A stretch of 63,887 nt of DNA, counting the filler, from Reclinomonas americana ATCC 50394 (lineage: Eukaryota), in assembly GCA_048213135.1 (NCBI GenBank). It is 23 parts of 23 records of this genome, joined end to end, with 100 filler letters (N's around TTAATTAATTAA, not from the genome) between each part and the next. Parts side by side here need not be neighbours in the genome. Positions count along the whole stretch, not along the records: positions 19,850 to 21,789 come from AFZH01023094.1; positions 21,890 to 23,125 come from AFZH01023096.1; positions 23,226 to 24,351 come from AFZH01023097.1; positions 24,452 to 27,530 come from AFZH01023098.1; positions 27,631 to 31,173 come from AFZH01023100.1; positions 31,274 to 34,011 come from AFZH01023101.1; 17 more parts are not named here. One strand, written 5' to 3'. Below, piece after piece: positions 19,943-31,842 of the stretch (within the stretch, counting starts at the first letter, position 1; each line of letters opens with the position of its first letter). The notes beneath the pieces are model-generated. The model saw only the letters and a list, made by a program, of their open reading frames with translations. It was not told the DNA's origin and searched no databases. The position numbers were made by a program, and so were the translations under genes.

Positions 19943-21789
19943 TCAGGGACTCTGGAGGTGGCTCGGACGGCTCGTGGCCGGCGAGATCGCGCTCGGTCCC
20001 GGCCGGGACAGGCAGGTCTGGCCACGCCCGCCTGCCTTGGCGCGATAGAGGGCCTTGTCCGCTAGCTCGATCATCTGTTCCACCGTGAGACCGGGATCAT
20101 CATTGCCGGCAAGACCGGCGCTGAAGTTGACCGGTATCGTCGCGTCGCGATGAGCCCGGATCTGCCGGATGTCCTGGCGCAGCCGTTCGAGATGCGCCGC
20201 ACAATCCTCGATGTCGCGGCCATTGAAGATGATCAGGAACTCCTCCCCGCCCCATCGCCCGATCGACGCATTGGCGGGCAAGCGCGCAAGTGCGATATCG
20301 GCGACCCGTTTCAGCACGGCGTCACCGATCTGGTGGCCGTAATTGTCGTTGATCGCCTTGAAGTAATCGAGATCGAGGAGCGCGACCGAGAAAGCGCCGC
20401 GAGCCGACTCGAACTGAGCGTTGGCACGCTCCAGGATATATCGGCGGTTCGGCAGGCCAGTGAGGGAATCCGTATTCGCGATCTCGGTCAGGTGCCTGCG
20501 GTGGCGCAAGTCAAGATAGTGCATGCGGAAGAGAACCAGCAGGATCAGCACCATCGCGACGACGGTGACGAGCATGTTCCTCGTGTAGGCGTAGCTCTCA
20601 GCCCGTTCAGCGTCGAGAGTCCTTTGCAACGCTTCGGCTCGCGCCGCCTGCAGATCCGCGGTGAACTGCTCCGACAGAACGAGCGTCTGGCGTGCCGTAG
20701 CGGCGTCCTTCCAACGGCCTTGCCTTTCAATGTACTGGTAGAGATCCGACAACGCCGCCGAGAATTCCCCCTGCCGGCGATTAAGCTCGGCCCGCAACCG
20801 GAACGGCTCGAATGAGATGACGCCCGTCGTTGCGTCTCCCTTTCCGATGACCGCGTTCAGACGGCTGCGCGCCCCGTCGAGCTTTCCCTCTGCCAAATCG
20901 ATTTCCGCCGTCAGCAGCTCGATTTGATCAAGCTCCGCCTCGCCCAGCCGGACGAATTTCTCCCGCGCCCGCTCGCAATGGCGCCGCGCCATATCCCATT
21001 GCTTGAGCCCGATACGTGCACGGCAGAATTCCCGCTCGATATGGGCTTCGCTCGCTTCGGCGAAGAAGCGCCGGTGCGAGGCGCGAGAGGTCTCGAGCTC
21101 CGGCAAGGCTTCCGCGAAACGGCGGCTGTTGTTCAGGTAGATTCCGCGATAGCCGTGCGCCATCCCGAGAAGAAAGGCGTTTCCGGCAGCGCTCTCGAAA
21201 TCGATCACGGCCCGGTTGAGATCCAGCGCAGCCGCGTCGCTACCCGCATCCCCCCAGACACGGCCCAACAGGCGGGTCGCCTCGATGTTGGCGAGCGTCA
21301 AGCCCGAAACATTGCTCGCGCGATAGGCCTGGAATATGAGCCGCGCCGCCTCGCCGAAATTGCCGCGCGTCCGCTGGATGTTGCCGAGCGCGATGTCGAG
21401 GCAGATGGCCATCGCCGATTGCGGCACGACCTTCGCGGCGAGCTCTTCGATTTGCGATTGCAGTTCGGAGAGCTGGTCGGGACGGGACGTATTCGTCGCC
21501 ATGATCCAGAGCAGCTCCACCCGAGCCTCGCTGTCCGCCGCCAGCGGCTCCGCAAGCCCAAGCCCGGCGAGGCTTCGCGCAGCCGCCGCTTGCGATCGTC
21601 GCCCGAAGCCCTCCGCCTGCAGAGCGAAGAGGCGGCCTCTGCTCTCGGGAGTCAGGTCGTCCCGGCTGGCAAGAACATCTTCGGCAAGCTGGGAGGCCAA
21701 CAGGGGATCTTTCCCGACGAGCCCGCTCACATTTGAAAGCAATGGGCCAGAGGGTGCTAAACAGGAAGCTTCAACCGCCGAACTCACCA
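19943..21789 (-). CDS. TPR-like sensor + TM + GGDEF diguanylate cyclase, 5' partial
   Basis: TDSLTGLPNRR, DLDYFKAIND, GDAVL, RWGGEEF, ADKALYRAKAGGR; one TM; helical repeats. Confidence 0.93.
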
Positions 21790-21959
21790 NNNNNNNNNNN
21801 NNNNNNNNNNNNNNNNNNNNNNNNNNNNNNNNNTTAATTAATTAANNNNNNNNNNNNNNNNNNNNNNNNNNNNNNNNNNNNNNNNNNNNCGTTCGCTGCC
21901 GGCGAGACCAGAATCGATCAGGGACAGGTTCAAGACCCTCGCATAGCTCGGCGCGGCGT

Positions 21960-22971
21960 TTACGCCCTCATCGTTGATTCCCGGACCACGAGTTCAGGAC
22001 CGAGTAGCTCGGCGCTGCGGTCCGGGCTCTCGTCCAAGATGATCGTGAGCAGCTGCCGGGCTGCCAGCTCGCCCATCTGCACCGTCGCGGACTTCACTGA
22101 CGTAAGCGGGATCGGTAGGTACTGCGCCAGGGGGAATGTCGTTGTATCCGACCAAGGCCAGGTCAACTCCCACGCGCCGTCCCGCCTCACGTGCCGCTCC
22201 CATCGCGCCGATAGCCGCGAAGTCGTTGGTCGCGAACACGCCGGTGATTCTCGGGTCACGCTTCAAAAGCTCGTGCATGGCTGCGTAGCCTCCTTCAGCG
22301 GAGTTGGACGAGGAGACGACGAGGTTTGGGTCGGTCAGCACGCCAGCGGCGCGGAAGGCATCAGCGAAGCCGAAGGCCCGCTCCACGCCCGTGCTTGTGA
22401 ACTCGGGGCCGGCCAGCACGCCCACCCGGAGGTGGCCAAGTGAATGCAGGTGACTGCCGGCGAGGCGGCCGCCGGCGACATCGTCGGTGGTCACACCGGG
22501 CTGGCCATGAAGACGACGGTTCGCGAGCACATACGGGTGCCGTCGCCGCTCGAGAGTCGCGACCACCTCATCTCCATCCAGGCGAGCGTCGCAGATAACG
22601 AATCCTTCCACCCGTCGAGCCAGCAGCGTCTGCAACTGGCTCATTCGAAGCTGTGGGTCATCTTCCGTGTCCGACACGAGCGTGGCGTACCCGGCCGCGT
22701 GGGCGACCTGCGTCACGCCCTCGTAGATGGATGCGAGGACGTAGTCCGTGACGCGGGGGACGAGAACGCCAAGGGCGCCGCTTCGCCCTGTGCGCAGGCT
22801 CGCCGCGGCGTGGTCGCGCATGTATCCAAGGTCTTCGGCGATGCTGCGGATACGGGCGACGGTGTCTCCGCCCACCTCAGATGAGCCAGAAAGAGCGCGC
22901 GAGACGGTCGATTTGTTGACGCCGGCGCGACGCGCGATCTCAGTGATCGTGACGGTGCGTCTTGCGGTCAT
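21960..22971 (-). CDS. LacI-family regulator; frameshift in G-run near 22132 (probable sequencing error)
   Basis: VTITEIARRAGVNKSTVSRAL HTH; NDFAAIG; VGYND then PLTSV...LVVREST in shifted frame. Confidence 0.93.
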
Positions 22972-23111
22972 CGTGTAGCCCCCTGCATGTGGTGAGCCAG
23001 CGGCATCCTCCCGACGCGCTCGCCTCGTTTGAGCATACCGGCCGGCGCTGACTCTCACTCTGTACTCGAAATGGTCTCTTGCGCACCTCTCGGAGGCTGT
23101 GATTTAGTTTA

Positions 23112-23125
23112 CGCAACCGTTTGCG
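23112..23125. promoter_or_regulatory. LacI-type operator CGCAACCGTTTGCG
   Basis: Near-perfect palindrome with central CG upstream of the LacI gene. Confidence 0.65.
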
Positions 23126-23225
23126 NNNNNNNNNNNNNNNNNNNNNNNNNNNNNNNNNNNNNNNNNNNNTTAATTAATTAANNNNNNNNNNNNNNNNNNN
23201 NNNNNNNNNNNNNNNNNNNNNNNNN

Positions 23226-23896
23226 ACCTGTTGCGTGGAGCACTTTTTTTGAGCCTTCGACCCGGCACGCTCGTTATCGACATGAGCTCCTCTCGCCCAG
23301 AAAGCACTCAGATGCTTGCGAGCGAAGCCGATGCTCTCGGGCTGTCGTACCTCGACGCCCCCGTGTCCGGCGGTCGAGCCCGCGCTCTCACCGGGGAGCT
23401 CGCCATCATGGTTGGCGGAGACGACGACGCTAAGCGTCGCGCCCGTCCCATTCTGGAAACCCTCGGAGGGTCTGTCGTGGACACCGGTGCCTCGGGAACT
23501 GGGCATGCGATGAAGGCCTTGAACAATTTGCTGTCCGCGACGGGACTTCTCGCCGCCTGTGAGGTGCTCGTTGCCGGCTCGCGATTCGGGCTCGACCCTC
23601 AGGTCATGCTCGACGTGCTGAACACGTCCACCGGACGGAATCATGCTACGGAGGTGAAGATGGCCAAGTTCGTCCTCTCCCGCAGCTTCGACGCAGGGTT
23701 CGCGCTCGACCTGATGGTGAAAGACCTCCGCACCGCCGCGGAACTCATCGACGGCGTCTTCCCCGAGCCCTCAGTGACGGCGGCGACGGTCGCCGCTTGG
23801 GCGAACGCGCAGGCGTTCCTCAACGATCCCCGCGCAGATCACACGGCCGTCGCGCGATGGGTTGAATCTCGCGACCACGTCGAAGCGGCGATCTGA
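23226..23896 (+). CDS. 3-hydroxyisobutyrate dehydrogenase-family oxidoreductase, 5' partial
   Basis: IDMSS, LDAPVSGG, LAIMVGG, GHAMKALNN, GFALDLMVKD. Confidence 0.93.
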
Positions 23897-23897
23897 C

Positions 23898-24351
23898 ATG
23901 TGTGGCGCATGCGGGTCTGGGGTCGCTATCGCCCCCTGGGAGACGGAGCTGCTCGGTGCCGGGATCGCGTCACGCAGGCTCCTCGCCTCAGTGCTCGCTC
24001 CTCACGCCGAAGAGGCCGGGTTGCGTATCGCCATCAACTCGTTCGGACAGGGGTATCTCATCTCTCGCCCCTCAGGCGGCCGTGTCGTGGTGGGTGACCT
24101 TGATGGGGCCGTCGACCACCTGGGTTTGATTCCGCTACCGGTCCCCGCCGGAATGCACACCCCGACGGATGAGTCCGTTGCGCAAGCGCTCGTACTGGTT
24201 TCGCGTGCCCGCAGGTCTGACGCCGGCGCGAGCATCGTCGTCCTCCGTCTCGAGAATTCGCTGGTGCACCTGCAGGTAACACCCGACGGTGCCGATGTCA
24301 CTGTCGACCGCCCCTCGGATTCCGCGGGTGTAACAGAGAGCGGTCCCATTG
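23898..24351 (+). CDS. Hypothetical protein with N-terminal MCGACG motif, 3' partial
   Basis: Starts 1 nt after the upstream stop; CxxC. Confidence 0.6.
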
Positions 24352-24451
24352 NNNNNNNNNNNNNNNNNNNNNNNNNNNNNNNNNNNNNNNNNNNNTTAAT
24401 TAATTAANNNNNNNNNNNNNNNNNNNNNNNNNNNNNNNNNNNNNNNNNNNN

Positions 24452-24927
24452 GTCTCAGGGGTCTGCACGATTTCCAGCCGTTCTACGCGAGAGTCGGCGA
24501 CACCTGGACGAAGATCGACTATTCGAAGCCAGCGGCTACGTGGATGAAGCCCCTCGAACGCGGAAAAGAAATCGACCTCGTCGAATTCGGTGGGATCTGG
24601 GAGGTGGACGACCTCCCACCGATGATGTTCAACAAGCACAACCCGAACAGCTTCGGATTCACCAACCCTCGAGACATCGAACAGATGTGGCAAGACCAGT
24701 TCGACTGGGTCTACGACAACTACGAATACGCGGTGTTCCCGTTCACCATCCACCCCGATGTCTCGGGAAAGCCGCATGTGCTGGCCATGCTCGAGCGACT
24801 CATCACGCACATCTCGTCCAAGCCCGGCGTTTCCTTCGAGCCGAGTCGGGATATCGCTCGCGACTTCCGAAAGCGTTTCCCGTTTGAGAGCAACTCGCAG
24901 TACCCCTTCGACCGCGACCTCGGTTGA
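24452..24927 (+). CDS. Polysaccharide deacetylase-family (PgdA/HP0310-like) hydrolase, 5' partial
   Basis: [46 protein letters not shown]. Confidence 0.9.
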
Positions 24928-24933
24928 GGCTAT

Positions 24934-24960
24934 TGGGCGGCCGCTATGAGCGGCCGCCCA
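24934..24960. terminator. 12-bp perfect intergenic hairpin
   Basis: TGGGCGGCCGCT-ATG-AGCGGCCGCCCA; no U-tract. Confidence 0.55.
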
Positions 24961-25180
24961 CGTACCCGGGCACGACCCACTCACGACAATTGCCATGCGG
25001 TGTTGCGCACAAGGCGCACTGTGGCGACCCCCACGCACGTTCAACGTGCGACTCTCCGCTATGCAGAACGAACCCAAGCCCGTTCCTACACGGCCTTGTC
25101 TCTCGTCAACGATGACGAGAACTAACACACAGAACCTGGACCGCCTCCCGACGGTCCGTATCCAATACTAGGAGAACGAA

Positions 25181-26545
25181 ATGGCACAACGCAGCAAGAC
25201 TGCCACCGATGTCATCAACCTCGGCAGGCTCGTCGTGAGCAAGCGCGAGACGAGGGTGGGCACCACCATCGCCTTCGTCGCATGGACGCTAGCGGTCTAT
25301 GACCACATGCTGTTCGGTACGATCCTTCCCGAGCTGAGCGCAGAGTTCGGCTGGGATGCCGCCGCAGCGAGTGGTATCACCACCGCCATCGCGGTCGGCA
25401 CGTTCATTGTGATGCTGGCGGTCGGTCCCGTGGTCGACCGCCTCGGACGACGTCGCGGCATGATGGTCACCGTGGGCGGCCCCGCCCTCGCGTCCGGCCT
25501 GACCGCGCTGACATTCAGCCCGTTGTACCTCGTCGGAGTCCGCTCCATCGGCGGCCTCGGCATGGCAGAGCAGTCCGTCAATGCCACCTACCTGAACGAG
25601 ATCTACTCGGCGACCGAGGACAAGTTCTTCAAGAAGCATCGTGGGCAGATCTACGCACTGGTGCAGAGCGGATGGCCTCTCGGCGTCTTCCTCGCCGCCC
25701 TGTTCGCCGCCCTCCTGCTCCCGCTAGTGGGCTGGCGCGGAGTGTTCCTCATCGCAACGTTCCCGGCGATTGTGCTGCTGATCATCCGCTCCCGACTCAA
25801 GGAGACCCCGCAGTATCTCGTCATCGAGCGCGCGCGGCGCCTGCGCAAGGAAGGCGATGAGGAGACCGCGAAGAGTCTTCTGCGTAGCTTCAACCTCGAC
25901 GAAGAGCAGCGCGCACCGTTGCGCACGATCTTCAGTAAGAAGTACCGCCGCAACACCACGTTGCTGACTCTTGTCTGGATCTCCAACTTCTTCGCCGTCG
26001 TGGCTTTTACCGTCCTCGGCACCACGCTCCTCGTGGACGGCAAGGGCATCCCGTTCGACCTGTCGCTGGTCATCTTTATGGTCGCCAATCTCGGCGGATT
26101 CGTCGGCTACCAGATTTTCGGATACCTCGGCCAGAAGTTTGGTCGTCGTAATGTCACGGGCGCGGGCTTCATCATCGCCGGCATCGCCTACGTCGGACTT
26201 CTGTTCGTCGCGCAGGACACCATCTCCATCATGGCGTTCTACGCAATCGGTCAGGCGTGCATGGCGGGCCCCTTCGCGGCGTTCATGTTCTACATGGGGG
26301 AGGCCTACGATGCAGACTGCCGCGCAACCGGCACCACGTTCCTCAACGCGATGAGCCAGCCGGGAACCATCATCGGTGGTGTGGTCATGACTGCACTGCT
26401 CGCCTCGGGCGTCGGCATCATCATGGCGGCGCTGCTCGTCGGAGTCACCGGATGCGTGGTCTCGGGCCTGCTTATGTTCGCCTGCAAGAATGCGACCGAG
26501 CTGGCGGACTTCACTCCTCGTGAAGAGGTAGAGGTCACCGCGTGA
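25181..26545 (+). CDS. MFS transporter
   Basis: DRLGRRR motif A, GWRGVFL, LKETP; AGGAG RBS. Confidence 0.95.
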   Translation: MAQRSKTATDVINLGRLVVSKRETRVGTTIAFVAWTLAVYDHMLFGTILPELSAEFGWDAAAASGITTAIAVGTFIVMLAVGPVVDRLGRRRGMMVTVGGPALASGLTALTFSPLYLVGVRSIGGLGMAEQSVNATYLNEIYSATEDKFFKKHRGQIYALVQSGWPLGVFLAALFAALLLPLVGWRGVFLIATFPAIVLLIIRSRLKETPQYLVIERARRLRKEGDEETAKSLLRSFNLDEEQRAPLRTIFSKKYRRNTTLLTLVWISNFFAVVAFTVLGTTLLVDGKGIPFDLSLVIFMVANLGGFVGYQIFGYLGQKFGRRNVTGAGFIIAGIAYVGLLFVAQDTISIMAFYAIGQACMAGPFAAFMFYMGEAYDADCRATGTTFLNAMSQPGTIIGGVVMTALLASGVGIIMAALLVGVTGCVVSGLLMFACKNATELADFTPREEVEVTA

Positions 26546-27312
26546 CGAATCGACAGACCGTCGTCATCACCGGAGGAGCGAGCGGCATCGGCGCAGCCGT
26601 GGCCAGACGCTTCGCAGGAGCGGGCTGCGCGGTAGCCATTGGCTTTCACCCAGCGGACCCGCATGATCCTGCCCTGGTGCTCGAAGACATTCGCGGGGAG
26701 GGCGGCGTGGCTGCCGCCTTCCCAGTGGATGTGCGGGACAGAACCCAGGTTGACGGGTTCCTCGCTGATGCAGCCGCACAGTGGGGACGCGTGGACCACG
26801 TCATCGCGAACGCTGGCATCCTCCGCCGCGCCGCACTCAGCGAACTCACCGACGACGCATGGAACGAAGTGATCGACATCGACCTCACAGGTGTCATGCG
26901 CACGGTTCGGGCCGCATTGCCGTACTTCCCGGAAACCGGGGGATCGGTCGTCGCGGTGTCATCCATCGTGGGTGCCAACTACGGCTGGACAGAGCACTCT
27001 CACTACGCCGCGGCAAAGGCAGGGGTGCTCGGGCTGGTGCAGAGCCTCGCACAGGAACTCGGGCCGCGCGGCATTCGGGTCAACGCGGTTATCCCCGGGA
27101 CTATTGAGTCTCCGCAGTCGTTGGACGCCAAGCACTCTCTCGGCAAAGTGGGCATCGACCAGCAGTCGGCGCTGCTTCCCCTGGCGCCGCGAACAGGCAC
27201 TGTCGAAGACATCGCCGCTGCTATCGGCTTCCTTGCGTCGGACGCCGCCGGCTTTATCACCGGAAGCTCGTTGCTCGTCGACGGTGGATTGGGGACGGTG
27301 AGTCCGCGATGA
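26542..27312 (+). CDS. Short-chain dehydrogenase/reductase
   Basis: TGGASGIG, NAG, YAAAK, VDGG. Confidence 0.95.
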   Translation: MTNRQTVVITGGASGIGAAVARRFAGAGCAVAIGFHPADPHDPALVLEDIRGEGGVAAAFPVDVRDRTQVDGFLADAAAQWGRVDHVIANAGILRRAALSELTDDAWNEVIDIDLTGVMRTVRAALPYFPETGGSVVAVSSIVGANYGWTEHSHYAAAKAGVLGLVQSLAQELGPRGIRVNAVIPGTIESPQSLDAKHSLGKVGIDQQSALLPLAPRTGTVEDIAAAIGFLASDAAGFITGSSLLVDGGLGTVSPR

Positions 27313-27530
27313 CCGGGACACTGCAAGGCAAACGGGCGCTGGTCGTAGGCGGAACGCTCGGGATCGGCGCGGCGGTCGCGCGCGAGTTTCTCCGAGAAGG
27401 AGCACGAGTTGTGGTCGCCAGTCGGCGCGGAGCCGACGGCGCGGAGGTGGACTGTCCCGCGGTCAGCATGGACGTGACCAGCCAGGCATCGGTCGATGCA
27501 GCGGTCGCGGAGGCGAGAGATCACCTGGGG
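27309..27530 (+). CDS. Second SDR, 3' partial
   Basis: GKRALVVGGTLGIG; ATGA coupling. Confidence 0.9.
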
Positions 27531-27630
27531 NNNNNNNNNNNNNNNNNNNNNNNNNNNNNNNNNNNNNNNNNNNNTTAATTAATTAANNNNNNNNNNNNNN
27601 NNNNNNNNNNNNNNNNNNNNNNNNNNNNNN

Positions 27631-28436
27631 CGCGCCGGCCGGCCCAACGAACCGGCGGGCGTCGGTTCGTCGTCGTCGGCGCGCGCGCTCTCACGCCGCG
27701 CGGGAGCAGCTGGCGATGTACGGGCACGACGGGCCCCTACCCTGAACCCGAAAGAGCCAGCCTCGAACAGCTGGACGAGGTCATCGGCGCGTTCGTGAAA
27801 GCCGCACTGCGAGCCAAGGAGGCAGGTTTCGACGGCGTGGAGGTCCACGGCGCAAACGGATACCTCCTGGACGCCTTCCTTACGGACTACCTCAACGACC
27901 GGGATGACCAATACGGCGGAGGCCCTGAAGCTCGAGCGAAGCTCACCGTCGACGTGTGCCGGGCTGTCCGTGACGCCGTGGGCCGCGACTTCGTCGTCGG
28001 CGTTCGCATCTCGCAAGCGAAAGTCAGCGACCCGCACCACAAGTGGACCGGCGGGGCGGCAGAGGCCAAGGCTATCTTCCGCGCACTGTCCACAGTCGAT
28101 CTCGATTTCATCCACACTTCTGAGCACCACGCCCTCGCGCCCGCATTCGAGGACGACCCGCGATCTCTGGCCGAGTTTGCCTCTGAGTTCGGTCGCACGG
28201 TGGTGATCGCGAATGGGCACCTGGACACCCCCGAGCTCGCCGCACAGGTCATCGATGAGGGACGCGCCGACCTGGTCGCACTGGGCAAGTCGGCGCTCTC
28301 GAACCGCGACTGGGTGCGCCGCGCCGCGCATGGTCATGAGATCGCTGCGCCATTCGTCGTTTCCGAGTTCGGAGACCTCGCCACCGTCAAAGACTGGGAG
28401 CTCGTCCTCCCGTCCGCACTGGCCCACCGCGAATGA
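27631..28436 (+). CDS. NADH:flavin oxidoreductase (Old Yellow Enzyme family), 5' partial
   Basis: AGFDGVEVHGANGYLL, NDRDDQYGG, ADLVALGK. Confidence 0.93.
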
Positions 28437-28437
28437 C

Positions 28438-29503
28438 ATGACTTTCGTCAACGAAAACCATGACCCCGTCGCCAGCTATGACGACGTAACGGGACCTCCG
28501 GCGGGTGGAAATGTTCACGACCGGAGGGACGATCTCTGCGACACCGACCGGCAAAGGCGGATCCGCCCCGGCCCTGACGGGGGACGCTCTGCTGACCGGG
28601 GTCGCCGTTGAAGGCCTGGATATCCGCATGCGCGAGCGGGTTCCGCTGCCCTCGAACTGGATGACCATCGCCGACGCCATCGACCTGGCAGACGTCATCG
28701 ATGCGGCCGCCGCTGACGGGGCCGACGCGGCGCTGGTCGTTCAAGGCACCGACACGCTCGAGGAGACCGGGTTCGTTATCGAACTTGCTCGTCGCTCAAC
28801 GATTCCGGTGGCGCTCACTGGAGCGATGCGGACGCCCGCGACGCCCGGCGCGGACGGACCTGCGAACATCAGCGCATCGCTCGCGTATTTACGCGACGCA
28901 CTCCCGGAGACCACTGCCGTCGTGATGAACGATGAGGTGCATCCGGCCCGCCACGTGCGAAAAGAACACACGATTCGGACGGACGCGTTCGCCTCGGCGC
29001 CGTTCGGCCCGCTCGGCACGATCGTCGAATCGGAGTATCGCGCGTACCGTCCGGCTGCGCCGTTACCCCGGCATGTCGTCGCCGGTCTCCGCCGCGAGCC
29101 GGGGAACGTGCTCATCGTCAACGGTGTGCTGGGCGAGGACTTTTCCTGGCTTCCAGCCATCATCGGGCGCTTCGATGGTGTGGTCGTAGACGCCCTCGGC
29201 GCGGGCCACGTCTCTCGCGGCGCAGCACATACGCTCGAGATCATCGCAAACCGGGTACCGGTGGTCATCACCTCCCGCACGGGGGCCGCGCCCATGCCGA
29301 CGAGCACTTACTCTTACGAGGGCTCCGAGACGTTCCTTCGCGAGGCAGGCGCATTGCTCTCTGGGGGACTCGACGCGTTGCGCGCGCGCCTCCTCCTGTC
29401 GCTGGTGTGCGACGGCGACATCGAGCGAGCAAAAGCACGGTACCGGGCCGTGGAGTCGTATCTCGTGCCCGGTCTCGCCGCCCATCAGCAGGGCACGAGA
29501 TGA
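28438..29503 (+). CDS. Asparaginase-family amidohydrolase (possible frameshift near 28488; alternative start 28505)
   Basis: TTGGTI, QGTDTLEET, TGAMR, DGPAN, GAGH. Confidence 0.88.
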
Positions 29504-29982
29504 GCCTCGCCCGTGATCTGTACATCGGCGGGGAGTGGGTTCCCGCGGAAGGGGACAAGCGCTTCACCGTTCTTGATCCCGGCAATGCGGAAACTATTGC
29601 CAAAGTTGCTGATGCGTCGCCAACGGACGGACGAAGAGCGTTGGATGCGGCAGCGTCTGCCCAGGAATCATGGGCAGCGACGTCTCCGCGTGACCGAGGC
29701 GAGCTTCTCCGACGGGCATTCGATCTGCTCACTGCTCGGCGCGAAGAGTTCGCGACGCTGATGACCCGCGAGATGGGCAAGCCCCTGGCTGAGGCTCGCG
29801 CGGAAGTGACGTACGGTGCCGAGTTCCTTCGCTGGTTCAGCGAGGAGGCCGTGCGCATCACCGGACGCTACGGTGACAACCCGGCGGGAACGGGCAAGAT
29901 CGTTGTGTCATACCGCCCCGTCGGACCCTGCTTCCTCATCACCCCCTGGAACTTTCCACTGGCGATGGCCACGCGCAAGCTT

Positions 29983-30015
<33 letters not shown>

Positions 30016-30936
30016 GTCAAACCAGCTGCTCCCACCCCGCTCACCACCCTGGCGTTCGTCCGGCTGCTCGAGGAGGTCGGGTTGCCGACAGGGGTTGTCA
30101 ATGTCATTCCCACGTCGCAGTCCTCTGCTGTCTCCGCCCCGATAATCGCCGACTCACGTCTGCGCAAGCTTTCGTTCACCGGGTCGACGAACGTTGGCCG
30201 CGCGCTGATGAAACAGGCAGCTGACGGGATTCTCCGCACCAGCATGGAACTCGGCGGGAACGCGCCGTTCGTCGTCTTTGAAGACGCGGACCTCGACGAG
30301 GCGGTCGCCGGCGCACTCATCGCGAAGTTCCGCAACGTCGGGCAAGCATGCACGGCCGCCAACCGATTCATCGTTCACGCCGATATCGCCGCGGAGTTCG
30401 CGACCAAGTTGTCGACCCATGTCGCCGCTATGCGGGTCGGTCACGGCCTGGAGCCCGAGACGGTCATCGGACCGCTCATCGACGAGGGAGCCGTGACATC
30501 CGCTGCGGAGCTGGTCCGCGATGCCGTCGAACGCGGCGCAGACCTCCTCGCTGGCGGTCACCCAATCGAGCGACCGGGCACGTACTTCGAGCCGACGGTG
30601 TTGACAAACGTCGGGCCCGGGACGCGTCTTCTCTCCGAGGAGATCTTCGGCCCTGTGCTCGCGATCTCGACGTTCACCAGCGACGATGAAGCCGTCTCGC
30701 TCGCCAACGACACCGAATACGGTCTCGCCTCCTATGTCTACACGCGCGACCTCGGACGCGCGCATCGGATGATTGACCTGCTCGCGACCGGAATGATGGG
30801 CATCAACGCGGGCGCAATCTCCGACGCTGCGGCACCATTCGGCGGCATCAAGATGTCAGGTCTCGGACGTGAAGGAAGCGTCGAAGGCATACACGAGTAC
30901 CTCGATCTCAAGTACAGCTTCATTCCGAACCTCTGA
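29500..30936 (+). CDS. gabD: Succinate-semialdehyde dehydrogenase-type ALDH
   Basis: ITPWNFP, SFTGST, MELGGNAP, RNVGQAC, EEIFGP, PFGGIKMSGLGREG. Confidence 0.9.
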
Positions 30937-30946
30937 GGAACCACCA

Positions 30947-31400
30947 ATGACCGACCCCCACCACACCGGCCTTCTTGTCGTTGCCGAATACACTCTCTCA
31001 CCGGAGGACCTTCGACGATGTCTGGGCCCTGGTCACCGACCTCGCAGTAGCCAGCAGGCAAGAGCAGGGGAACCTGTCCTATGAACCGATAGCGACAGGA
31101 AAGGAACGCGTCCTGATCCTCGAGCGGTACAGAAGCGCGACTGACGTTCGGCGTCGCGACCGGGTCTCGCCCGNNNNNNNNNNNNNNNNNNNNNNNNNNN
31201 NNNNNNNNNNNNNNNNNTTAATTAATTAANNNNNNNNNNNNNNNNNNNNNNNNNNNNNNNNNNNNNNNNNNNNCGAGCGGTACAGAAGCGCGACTGACTT
31301 CGGCGTGCACCGGGTCTCGCCGCACTTTCAGAGCATCGCGGTGGAGCAGATCATCCCCAGATTGGTCTCCCGAAATGTCGAGATCTACCGTCCTGCTTGA
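30947..31400 (+). CDS. ABM (antibiotic biosynthesis monooxygenase) family protein; split by linker and a frameshift
   Basis: ASRQEQGNLSY...LILERY...HRVSPHFQ; contig ends overlap. Confidence 0.8.
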
Positions 31401-31842
31401 GCCCGCACGCGCTGCTCCATCTCCTCAATGAACTCGTTTGATCAAGGAGTGAATGGAAGCCGCGGATACCGCCACACAGGTCAAGACTGTCTGCCCGATC
31501 GCGGCGGGCGGGGAACTCTCAACCGTTGCAACCACTCCTCTCGAACGGTTTCGAGAGCGGACAACTACGAGAAGCCGTGGAGCATCTTCCCCCGCCTGTG
31601 CATGTGTCCCTCCGCTCCCTCGACCGCTCGCCTCGTGGAGACGCAACGAAGGGGCCGCTGACCCTTCGGCGGACCGCGCAGCCCCAGCGTTTGCCTGGAC
31701 CAACCACCGCGGATCTGGATCAGGTTAGAAAACGACCCGTAAGTGATAGGCGGCTGACCTGCCCCTGTGCATAGCTCTGGCTCTACTTCGCGGTCCGATT
31801 GGGCCGACCCTGCATCTGCGTGAGCACGCCTTCTGCGAAGTT

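Noticed and set aside
31121..31322. Direct repeat flanking the linker in the ABM gene
   Set aside because: Contig-end overlap; merging restores one ORF.
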